Part shown: one piece after another, positions 39,932 through 47,777 of the stretch
Layout of the letters: each line of letters starts with the position of its first letter
Position numbering within the stretch: the stretch's first letter is position 1
Source of the DNA: Eubacteriales bacterium
Lineage (GTDB): Bacteria > Bacillota > Clostridia > Christensenellales > CAG-138
Length of the DNA stretch: 64,000 nt
Reading direction: 5' to 3'
NCBI GenBank assembly: GCA_028694155.1
Contig: JAQUTY010000008.1
Location: forward strand, 14,609-78,608
The notes under the pieces: model-generated
What the model was told of the DNA's origin: nothing
Databases searched by the model: none
What the model saw: the letters and a program-made list of their open reading frames with translations, nothing else
Made by a program: the position numbers and the translations under genes

Positions 39932-40487
39932 CTTTGTCAGCCTCCTCTGTAGCCGCTGCTGACACGATTTCCTCCAGCTTACCCAATAGGGTCTTATCGT
40001 CCTGTATGGCCTCACGGATGCGCTTAAGGATAAGTGCCTCGACATCCTTACACGCTTGTTTGCGGGCGGAGCGCATACGCTCCTTATATACCGCACTGCG
40101 CTGGAGCTGTACCACGAGCTTGCCGGCCTTTTCAAGCGGCATCTCGTCAAACTCTTCCTCTGCGGTGGCGATACGCTTGACAAGTCCATCTATCATGAGC
40201 GAGGTCGCCAGCTCGGAGGCAGCAATGTCTTGATTTTCACGGGCTATCGACAATAGTGCCGTGGTCTGTTCCCGTGCCTCTCGGAGCCGCTGAGCCGCCG
40301 AGTTCTGTCGAAGGGCGTACCTTCCGATGCTGCTCTTGCTGATAATCCAGCCGTGCTTTACCATTGCATCTGATATCTCTTGATAGCTCAGAAGGACATT
40401 GGCAAGGCTCTCATCCAAGAATGCTCTCGCCTCTTCCGGCAGCTCATCTATACGGCTCTTTATGCGGTTTTTTACCCGCGCCGCCAT
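39918..40487 (-). CDS. DUF3486 / Mu gp27-like protein (putative small terminase)
   Basis: SRIDELP...ISKSSIGRY motif. Confidence 0.8.
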   Translation of the reverse strand: MAARVKNRIKSRIDELPEEARAFLDESLANVLLSYQEISDAMVKHGWIISKSSIGRYALRQNSAAQRLREAREQTTALLSIARENQDIAASELATSLMIDGLVKRIATAEEEFDEMPLEKAGKLVVQLQRSAVYKERMRSARKQACKDVEALILKRIREAIQDDKTLLGKLEEIVSAAATEEADKDDDR

Positions 40488-40780
40488 CAGATAGTAACGC
40501 CGGGGTCGTCGGCGATGGACCCTTCCAAAAGGTCGATGCCCTTGGCAGTCAGCTGGACCACGCAGTTGACTCCATGGATTTCATCGTCACCTACATCGGT
40601 GACTCGGATATATCCCTTGTCGCCGAGGTAGTACAGATGCGGGGCGATATCCGTGGTCACGGATATGAGAGCCATCGCCAATGACTTTTGGCTGATCGGC
40701 CTGCCGTCGCTCTTGCCGAGGGCGCGAATAATGCATCCGCGTATCTCTCTATTCTTTATTGCTGTTATGTCGTTTGCCAT
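40487..40780 (-). CDS. Mu gp26-like winged-helix protein
   Basis: IRGCIIRAL...YLGDKGYI...LTAKGIDLLEG...DPGV. Confidence 0.65.
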   Translation of the reverse strand: MANDITAIKNREIRGCIIRALGKSDGRPISQKSLAMALISVTTDIAPHLYYLGDKGYIRVTDVGDDEIHGVNCVVQLTAKGIDLLEGSIADDPGVTI

Positions 40781-40784
40781 TCTC

Positions 40785-41039
40785 TTACTCCTTCGGCGGC
40801 AGCCGGTCAATGATTTTGTCAAGTTTTTGTTCTACGGTAGTCATGCTGCGGATGAAGTCCTCACGAGTGGTATACACAAAGGGGAGCTGCTCAAATTTCT
40901 TTTCAAGGTTCCCGATGCGCTGGTCCTGCGTCGCAAGCTGCTTGTCCTTGGTCTTTCTGTCCTGTTTCCAGAGCCATCCCAGCAAGCCGATTAAAATTCC
41001 TATCGCACCTTGTATCACCCATGTAATCCAGTCGTTCAT
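40785..41039 (-). CDS. Small membrane-anchored coiled-coil protein (Mu gp25-like position)
   Basis: N-terminal TM, LPFVYTTREDFIR...KLD. Confidence 0.6.
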   Translation of the reverse strand: MNDWITWVIQGAIGILIGLLGWLWKQDRKTKDKQLATQDQRIGNLEKKFEQLPFVYTTREDFIRSMTTVEQKLDKIIDRLPPKE

Positions 41040-41138
41040 ATGTCCTCCGTAAATCAAAAATCCGCTGTGGTTAATCCACAGCGGTATTGTATAGGGTCGT
41101 TGCCATTATTGGGAATGTTAAGGAATTAATTTAGTTTC

Positions 41139-41474
41139 TTAATTAACTGCCGCATCGAATAGACTAATCTGTGTTGCCGGGACGGCGGCTTCTCGCTTAA
41201 TACGCTTGATGATTTCATACACTTGCACGATTGATAGATCGTATCGGTGGGCTAGTATTCGTGGCTCAATGCCCTGCCTAAAATCGTGCCACAGCTGTTT
41301 GTCCCTAGTCAGTTTAATCAATCCGTCCAACTTGGGGATATACTGATAATCTCCTCCGTAGTTGGCGACCAGCTGCAGGGTGTTTTCGTACCCTATCAGT
41401 TCGGCAAAGCGTCTGTACTGCTCAGGCAGTTCTGACAGCTCGACGTCATGTACCCACGATGGTATATCTATCAC
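41139..41474 (-). CDS. Mor/C family transcription activator
   Basis: YGG..YIPK, RD..L..DF, LAHRYDLS..QVYEII. Confidence 0.88.
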   Translation of the reverse strand: MIDIPSWVHDVELSELPEQYRRFAELIGYENTLQLVANYGGDYQYIPKLDGLIKLTRDKQLWHDFRQGIEPRILAHRYDLSIVQVYEIIKRIKREAAVPATQISLFDAAVN

Positions 41475-41893
41475 ATCGGCACCTCCTTTCGTTCGCCACG
41501 CCCTCCGCGCTTCATAGCCTTTAGGGCCTCGATAACCTTTCTGATGGTCTGCCTGCTCATCCAACTCATTACGTCTACCCCGAATCTTGCCTTGCAGAAG
41601 GAGGCGAGGCGGTCATCCGTCCACCCAAGCTCTGCGGCAAGCTGACGCATGAGATAGATTTCACCGTCCGTGGGGCGGAAGCGGTCGTTGGGGTCGCTCG
41701 GTTCGCCTGCCATTTCCTTGAGGCGGTTGATTACCTCGATTGCCTGCCGCATGGTGAGCTGTTTAACACTGCTCCTTCCGGTCGTCCCTTCGATTAGGGC
41801 GTGGACATCGTCATTGTCCATGCTGAGCTGGCGGGCAAGCGTGAAGATGCAGGCTATCTGTCCCTTTGATATATACTGCTTAATCTGTGCCAT
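41471..41893 (-). CDS. gemA: GemA (Mu gp16) family protein
   Basis: IFTLARQLSM...GRSSVKQLT...VIEALKAM. Confidence 0.8.
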   Translation of the reverse strand: MAQIKQYISKGQIACIFTLARQLSMDNDDVHALIEGTTGRSSVKQLTMRQAIEVINRLKEMAGEPSDPNDRFRPTDGEIYLMRQLAAELGWTDDRLASFCKARFGVDVMSWMSRQTIRKVIEALKAMKRGGRGERKEVPM

Positions 41894-42401
41894 TGGGAAG
41901 CTCCTCCTTTCGAGTCTCGTACCAAAATTCATCGTCCACTTGTACTCCTATCCCCAGCTTAACTATGTCGTCAATCGGGTGTGCCCTAACGGCGTCCTTG
42001 TTAATCTTGGGCGGAGGATTGATTACGCACTCATCCCAACCGACAGCCTTGAGCATCCTTATTATATCCGCCTGTCGCTCCGTGCCGGTTGGGAGCTTTA
42101 TCTTTGTGCTTTTACGGTAGCCCATCGAGCCGAATACCAATGCCTTAGTCTTTCGCTTGTCGAAGTCTGCGCGATTGGCTTCGCCATAGTCGCGGAGCTG
42201 GCGGGCAAGATACTCTATCCTTACTTTCGGCTCTGCCACGGCGTCTGCCGCTGTTAGCTTGATCTCGTCAATCTGAGCCTGCATCCGTGTTTCAACGTCC
42301 GTAATTGCTCGCTCACACTCTGCTATCTCACAGAGCGCGAGGTCTACTTCATCCCAGTCCTTGAGCTGCGGAAGCAGCTCCCTCGGTTTTACTCTTGCCA
42401 T
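41880..42401 (-). CDS. gam: Mu Gam-like host-nuclease inhibitor
   Basis: KTKALVFGSMGYRKS, INKDA, DEFWYE motifs. Confidence 0.85.
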   Translation of the reverse strand: MARVKPRELLPQLKDWDEVDLALCEIAECERAITDVETRMQAQIDEIKLTAADAVAEPKVRIEYLARQLRDYGEANRADFDKRKTKALVFGSMGYRKSTKIKLPTGTERQADIIRMLKAVGWDECVINPPPKINKDAVRAHPIDDIVKLGIGVQVDDEFWYETRKEELPNGTD

Positions 42402-42679
42402 ATTCGTTCCTCCGATTGTGAATACTTTTTGTTGTAGTTCCATATTACTTCGTTAAACATTTCTGCGGTGGCGTACTGTTCCAAGGTTATCTCGCCAAAG
42501 TTGCTGTAGCTATTCACCACTTCCGTGATCACTCTGAGTAAGGTTTCGGAGAATTTCATAGGATCAAATCCTTTACTGTTGCGCACTTTGGCCCATTCCT
42601 TTTGCACGTTTGCTACTAAACACTGGCGCGAATCCATCGGTATTACACAGTAACATTTTTTAATCTTTGGTTGTTCCAT
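42389..42679 (-). CDS. Hypothetical phage early protein
   Basis: Closely packed ORF between the B ATPase and gam. Confidence 0.6.
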   Translation of the reverse strand: MEQPKIKKCYCVIPMDSRQCLVANVQKEWAKVRNSKGFDPMKFSETLLRVITEVVNSYSNFGEITLEQYATAEMFNEVIWNYNKKYSQSEERIWQE

Positions 42680-42690
42680 GTTCGAATCTC

Positions 42691-43668
42691 CTAGTACATC
42701 ATCTTATATTTCTTGGCAGCAGTCACCATATCGGCGGTTATCTGCCCGCCCGCTGCCGTCTTTAGGCACAGGTCGAGGGTTTCGCACATCGTCCCCAGTC
42801 CACCGTGAGCCGTATCCCCGGCAAGTTGTGATAGCATTTGGGAAGCATCTGTAGTACAATTATATTGGCGCAGGATAGCGAGGGCTTCGGAAGCGGAAAC
42901 ACCCTTGAGTTGCAGCTCGTATTTCCGCCGATATAACTGTGCGAGGTTTCCTCGTCCTGTGCCTCTTGTTAGTATTTTCTCCAACTCCGGGGTGCCTGTG
43001 ATTATAATCGGAGTGCCTGTGTTATCCCATATCTTGCGTAGATACTCGTATTTTTCCACGTCCCATTTTTTAAGGCACTCGGCCTCGTCCACCAGTATCA
43101 CAAGCTCCTTGCGCCACTGCAGCGAACTTAATAGCTGGGTATACCGCTCGTATCCGTTGCCGCTAACCGATACGCCTATTGCCCGCGCAATGGTATTGAT
43201 CAGATCGGTCACGCGCATGTTGCTGGTTGCCTCGATGTAGATACATGACGGCATGTCCACCATGAGGCTCTTCAGCAGCGTGGTTTTGCCTGTGCCGGGT
43301 GCGCCCATGATTACGCCAATCTTGCGATTGTCTATAATGTAGTTGCACCATCCCCTCGCTGCCTTGTACTCTTCATGCTCCCACAGTTCTAAATTCTGCT
43401 TGTGTGAGCCGTTGGCTTGTGCTACTCCAATGGTGGGGTGTGCCGATACATATAGCATGAGCGAGTGCATTTGCTCATATCGTGCCGGTCTAATCCCTTG
43501 GTTGACAAATTGCGAGATAGTTGACCGGTGGACTCCCGTTGCCGTCGAGATGGTGGAAAACGGCACTCCCGCCGCCTGTAGCTTGCTTAGCTGTTCTCTG
43601 AGTTCATCGATATCCATGCCGTTCGATTCAGAGTATGGCTGGTTGATGTGTAAGGGTGTTACTTCCAT
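42691..43668 (-). CDS. MuB-like transposition AAA+ ATPase
   Basis: N-terminal HTH, GAPGTGKT Walker A, LVDEAE Walker B, LRKIWD. Confidence 0.92.
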   Translation of the reverse strand: MEVTPLHINQPYSESNGMDIDELREQLSKLQAAGVPFSTISTATGVHRSTISQFVNQGIRPARYEQMHSLMLYVSAHPTIGVAQANGSHKQNLELWEHEEYKAARGWCNYIIDNRKIGVIMGAPGTGKTTLLKSLMVDMPSCIYIEATSNMRVTDLINTIARAIGVSVSGNGYERYTQLLSSLQWRKELVILVDEAECLKKWDVEKYEYLRKIWDNTGTPIIITGTPELEKILTRGTGRGNLAQLYRRKYELQLKGVSASEALAILRQYNCTTDASQMLSQLAGDTAHGGLGTMCETLDLCLKTAAGGQITADMVTAAKKYKMMY

Positions 43669-43712
43669 GTTATGTCCTCCTAGTTATTTTTATTTTTGAC
43701 ACGTTTCGTGCA

Positions 43713-45812
43713 TCAAACTTGTATTCTTTTGGATGCTGCTTTGGATTGCTCATAGTCGCGAATCATTTTCGCCATCACCATGTCAGCCGACTTTTTATCG
43801 TCCATTGTTTGTCTTCTCTTACGGACCTTGATTTCGGCATTCTCGATTGCAGCTCGGCGGTACTCTGTTGAGGTGATGCCTCCTTGGTACGTTTCGTCTA
43901 AGGCTTCGCCTAACGGATCTCTGTACCGTAGCAGCGCAACGCTCTTCCTAGTCCGTTGGATCTCTTCACGTACCGCCTTTTTTGCAGCTCGTTGTCTGCC
44001 AATGTGTGCGGCCACTCGTTCCTTATCCTCGCCTACTAGAGCGAATGGAGTGTCGAGTGTCGCCGTGCAGATGTGCCGATTGCCGGAGATTACCGTTATT
44101 CCATCCATATCGTCCTTGTTGTAGCGGACGGTAACCTCCTTGCCTATATAATCCTGTAATCTCTCGTCCCAGTACACGCGGTTGTGCAGCCGTATTCCCA
44201 TATATCCAACCTTGCGCGAAACGATTTCAGTCTGCAGCAGTGCCATCATGTCATACGAGGGCATATCCTGTCGTGCTTTGGGCAACGACTTGTATATTTC
44301 TATTGGTGATTGCTCGTTGCCATATCGTTCGTAATGATACGCTGGGATTATTTGCTCATGCCATATTTGTGCGAACTGCTCGATAGTCAGCAACTCACCG
44401 TTAGCCGCCATTCTCTCCAGCTTCGCACGAGATAGGTCCTGTGGACGCTCCGAGGGTTTTCCGCCACACCATCCGGGCAGCTCGCGCATCCATCTGTCCT
44501 CGACGATTCCAAATAGTCTCTCTATGGTCTTCGCCCAAGCCTTGTAGGGTTGTGCATGGATTACACTGATTTGTAGTGCTGCCAATGCGCCTTGACTGCC
44601 CAGCTGCTCATCTATATGCCCAATGACTGCTTTGGGATCGAGACTTCCTTCCATCTTTTTGCTTCGATAATCCTTGCCATTATCGATATACAGCGTTCGA
44701 ACCATCCCTTGAATAATGCTATTCTGTTTCGGCATTATTGCATCTCGCAGGGTTTTGATAATCTCGGTGCTATTGGGGTTCTCTGATATGCGAGTACCCA
44801 CAAAGCAGCCGGACGCTGCGTCTGAGAAGGCTATAATCCACGGACGCATGATTGTGCCATCTGATCCAATTACAAAAATGTCGCACAGGTGATTATCGCC
44901 AAACCAGCAGGCATTGATCTCGGTCGGTTTTTTGCGCTGAATTTTGTGCATGTAGTTGGCTTCCCAGTAACGTGATCCTCGTTGAGCATATGCTATTGCC
45001 CCTTTAGGGAGAGAGGCTACATATCTGTTGATTGTGCATTTGTTGATCGGCAGTACGATCCCTTTTTTATCCGAAGATGAGCAAATCTCATATTGGTCGG
45101 CTGTTTGCCCAAATGCTAACTCCCGACTAGCCAAAGACGACGGATTATGCGCACAGCGTTCACAAGCCTTGTTCCCCAAAGTTGATTGTAACTTTATGAG
45201 CTTAGAAAAAATAGCGGATTGTGGAAGCTTGCTATCCCTGTAAAGTTCATCTCTTATATAGTCTTGTGCCATGAGGCACAGGGTTTTGGACTGTCCGGCT
45301 CCCTGCTTCCGCAGCGATTGCATCAGTCCTGCAATTCCTTCATCCTTATATGCGGAGATCCAGCGATACAGCGTTCTTGTCGTGATCCCATTGTGGGAGG
45401 CGATAGTCTCGGCTGCCGATACTGTGCTGCCGTGTTTAGCATCCAGCATTTCACGCTTATAGTCAAGGACGGCAAAGTATCGCCTATTAAGCTCTTTTAT
45501 TCCCTCATCTCCGTATCTCGCATGATAGGCTGCCATGTCGCACTCGCTCATCTGCTCAGCGTTAATGATATGCCGCATCTGTGCCTCCAGTGGCAGGCTC
45601 GGAACATACACCATGTACGCACGTCCGCCCTGTATATCACTGCCGGCTACCAACATTGCTGTCATTTTGCTTGTTTGACATAGCTCTCGCACCCTGCGCT
45701 CCGATACATCCATAAGCACGGCAGCCGTTGCTGTGCTGACGTATAACGGCGTACCCTCGCTGTGCGGGATGATGCCGTCTAATTGCTCATGTTGTTGGAC
45801 TGCGTATACCAT
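43713..45812 (-). CDS. MuA-like DDE transposase
   Basis: WFGDNH (D), YIDNGKDY (D), AKTIERLF (E); N-terminal HTHs; Mu-transposase C-terminal VRY domain. Confidence 0.95.
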   Translation of the reverse strand: MVYAVQQHEQLDGIIPHSEGTPLYVSTATAAVLMDVSERRVRELCQTSKMTAMLVAGSDIQGGRAYMVYVPSLPLEAQMRHIINAEQMSECDMAAYHARYGDEGIKELNRRYFAVLDYKREMLDAKHGSTVSAAETIASHNGITTRTLYRWISAYKDEGIAGLMQSLRKQGAGQSKTLCLMAQDYIRDELYRDSKLPQSAIFSKLIKLQSTLGNKACERCAHNPSSLASRELAFGQTADQYEICSSSDKKGIVLPINKCTINRYVASLPKGAIAYAQRGSRYWEANYMHKIQRKKPTEINACWFGDNHLCDIFVIGSDGTIMRPWIIAFSDAASGCFVGTRISENPNSTEIIKTLRDAIMPKQNSIIQGMVRTLYIDNGKDYRSKKMEGSLDPKAVIGHIDEQLGSQGALAALQISVIHAQPYKAWAKTIERLFGIVEDRWMRELPGWCGGKPSERPQDLSRAKLERMAANGELLTIEQFAQIWHEQIIPAYHYERYGNEQSPIEIYKSLPKARQDMPSYDMMALLQTEIVSRKVGYMGIRLHNRVYWDERLQDYIGKEVTVRYNKDDMDGITVISGNRHICTATLDTPFALVGEDKERVAAHIGRQRAAKKAVREEIQRTRKSVALLRYRDPLGEALDETYQGGITSTEYRRAAIENAEIKVRKRRQTMDDKKSADMVMAKMIRDYEQSKAASKRIQV

Positions 45813-45824
45813 ACATTCTCCTTG

Positions 45825-45887
45825 TGACCTGCCTCATCAGTGCGGGGTGGTCAACCCCTCGCATACGGGCTTGCGCCCGTTTCGGCT
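45825..45887 (-). ncRNA. Hammerhead ribozyme (type II, pseudoknotted), copy 2
   Basis: GCC-GAAA-CGGGC(GCAA)GCCCG-UA^-stem I with loop UGACC-CUGAUGA-GGC-A-GGUCA; complete catalytic core. Confidence 0.92.
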
Positions 45888-46089
45888 ATGCTGTCTCCGT
45901 CATGCGTGTCGCCGCCCTCAGTAGTCGCAGCAGTCTTTCGTTGTCCCTCTCCAACTTGCTGTTCAGATCCGACTGTTTGCCCGCCTCGTCGATGATGCGG
46001 AGCAGGTAGCTGTACTCATCGTATCTGAGCTTGCCGTTGTCATACAGCTCATACAGCTTTGCCCGTGCCTCAAAATGTTTGTGGCTCAT
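45886..46089 (-). CDS. Small hypothetical protein (67 aa) between the ribozymes
   Basis: RBS AAGGAGG; ATGA overlap with upstream ORF; MSHKHFEARAK...coiled coil; stop overlaps ribozyme 5' end. Confidence 0.65.
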   Translation of the reverse strand: MSHKHFEARAKLYELYDNGKLRYDEYSYLLRIIDEAGKQSDLNSKLERDNERLLRLLRAATRMTETA

Positions 46090-46274
46090 GTCGCCCTCCT
46101 TGTCCGGGCGCAGACGATAAGTGCATCCTCGCCCTTGGTAATGCCATACATTCCCACCCATGAGGGCGACTGTATCAGCCGTGCTGCCTCCGCTGGTGTG
46201 CATTCTCTAAGCTCGTATACCGCCATTCCCTTTAGCCGTCCCATCCGGCGCAGTCCGTGTCCTACCTTTAGCAT
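46086..46274 (-). CDS. Small hypothetical protein (62 aa) between the ribozymes
   Basis: RBS AGGAGG upstream of ATG; translationally coupled to the next ORF. Confidence 0.6.
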   Translation of the reverse strand: MLKVGHGLRRMGRLKGMAVYELRECTPAEAARLIQSPSWVGMYGITKGEDALIVCARTRRAT

Positions 46275-46304
46275 CTTTCATCCTCCTGTAATTAGTATGA
46301 TTGA

Positions 46305-46367
46305 TGACCTGCCTCATCAGTGCGGGGTGGTCAACCCCTCGCATACGGGCTTGCGCCCGTTTCGGCT
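46305..46367 (-). ncRNA. Hammerhead ribozyme (type II, pseudoknotted), copy 1
   Basis: 63-nt exact copy of 45825-45887. Confidence 0.92.
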
Positions 46368-46381
46368 TGTATGCCGCTTAT

Positions 46382-46621
46382 CTATGTGATCTGCTGCGCA
46401 GTCAGATCCCTAAATCCCAGCCCTTTTGAGTAGTCCCACTCGATAGTTCCATCCGGGTACATCCCAATGCCGTATGCCACGAGTGTCCAGCCCGATTGGG
46501 CGTTCTGCATTGTGGCGGATTGTTGTGTTGGTCGCTTGTCGATGCACATGTAAGTCCCGCCTCCGTGATTATTGTATCGCTCCCCATGCTTAGGGCAATA
46601 TGGTGTAATCTCGTTATTCAT
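46382..46621 (-). CDS. Hypothetical phage early protein (79 aa)
   Basis: RBS GAGGAGG, ATGA coupling to upstream gene; SGWTL...DGTIEWDYS. Confidence 0.65.
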   Translation of the reverse strand: MNNEITPYCPKHGERYNNHGGGTYMCIDKRPTQQSATMQNAQSGWTLVAYGIGMYPDGTIEWDYSKGLGFRDLTAQQIT

Positions 46622-47388
46622 CGCTCGTCCTCCTCGCTTCCGCTACAAGGGGTCATTATTTCAGTGACCCCTTGCATCTTGCGTTTTAACCGTGCGAGGA
46701 GCCCTTTTTTGGTTGGCGTCTCCAATCTGCCGTCTGCAAGCCGATCTATGGCGGCAATCAGCATATCGACTTTGGCGCACAGTGAGTTAAAGTTATCAGT
46801 TTCAGCCGCAGACTCTTGATTCGACGCGCATCCTTTTACTCCACTTTGCGCCATGCCGCCCTCGCCTGTTTTTATCCACTTTTCGTTCACATGAAAAATG
46901 GAACAAAAAGCGTGTATTAGTTGATCAGAAGGAACAACTTTGCCGGCTTCAATCCTCGACATATAGGATGGAGTAATGCACAATGCAGCGGCTACGTCTT
47001 GTTGTTTTAATCCCTTCTCTTTTGTGAATTCCTTAATACGTTCACCAATGGAAGCTGTATTGCTGGTGTCCTCCATGCGACCGATGTCTGAGAGGTGTTC
47101 CTGCCAGATGGCTTTTATCTGCTCCTCGGTTTTGCCGATATATACTCCATTTTTCTCCTCCCACAAAATATCCCCGGTTTGGTTTTGTCTGATCGGAGGC
47201 GGCATGATCCATGACTCATTCGTTGCGACATCGGTCATTAGCATTGATCCCAATGGATCAATGTCACGACAACAAAAATTCTTAAATTCTGTGGCTTTAT
47301 ATACTTTTCCGACTTCGATTTTTGCGGCAAAGCGAAAAATGTAGTTGATTTGCTTCTCGTATGTTTTAAGAACCGGTATTATTATCAT
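46618..47388 (-). CDS. XRE-HTH-containing early protein
   Basis: Internal HTH SIGERIK...PSYMSRIEAG...WIKTGEG. Confidence 0.75.
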   Translation of the reverse strand: MIIIPVLKTYEKQINYIFRFAAKIEVGKVYKATEFKNFCCRDIDPLGSMLMTDVATNESWIMPPPIRQNQTGDILWEEKNGVYIGKTEEQIKAIWQEHLSDIGRMEDTSNTASIGERIKEFTKEKGLKQQDVAAALCITPSYMSRIEAGKVVPSDQLIHAFCSIFHVNEKWIKTGEGGMAQSGVKGCASNQESAAETDNFNSLCAKVDMLIAAIDRLADGRLETPTKKGLLARLKRKMQGVTEIMTPCSGSEEDER

Positions 47389-47609
47389 GCTACCTCCTTG
47401 CCAATGAACATCGCTCGAAGCTGTATAACCCCAACACCTAAAATTGGAGCCATTTTATCGACAATATACGGTTTGGGGCGGTTTGACTTACCGCTGATGA
47501 TTGCTGTTAATGTCATTGGACTGATCCCCACCTCTTCAGCAAACTCTCGTTTCGTTCTGCCGGTTAGGTAGATTAAATCCTCTAACCATTTACGCTTTTC
47601 AGATTTCAT
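47385..47609 (-). CDS. Cro/Ner-like small HTH regulator
   Basis: 74 aa HTH (EFAEEVGISPMTLTAIISG); first gene of early operon. Confidence 0.8.
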   Translation of the reverse strand: MKSEKRKWLEDLIYLTGRTKREFAEEVGISPMTLTAIISGKSNRPKPYIVDKMAPILGVGVIQLRAMFIGKEVA

Positions 47610-47691
47610 GAAAATTCCTCCTTTTCTTTTCTCTCTGAGTGTGATACACTTATTTCAAAACAAAAGCATTAAAACAATACTTTATACAGGT

Positions 47692-47732
47692 ATTATAGTA
47701 TTGAAATAAAACTTTGTCAAGCGGAAGTTTTA
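47692..47732 (-). promoter_or_regulatory. Early promoter with overlapping operator
   Basis: Perfect TTGACA(47720-47715)-17-TATAAT(47697-47692); inverted repeat TAAAACTT-N10-AAGTTTTA (47707-47732) spans the -35. Confidence 0.8.
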
Positions 47733-47777
47733 ATTAATTTCGAAATATCACTAATTAAGTAATTTGGTGGAGGAGAT

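Noticed and set aside
39932..40189. N-terminal extension of the NusG-like ORF in the track
   Set aside because: Overlaps the DUF3486 gene out of frame; the NGN domain starts at Met 39931
45825..46367. 63-bp direct repeats as a CRISPR array, att sites or IS ends
   Set aside because: Only two copies with a 417-bp gene-containing interval and no cas or integrase; the sequence is fully explained by the hammerhead fold
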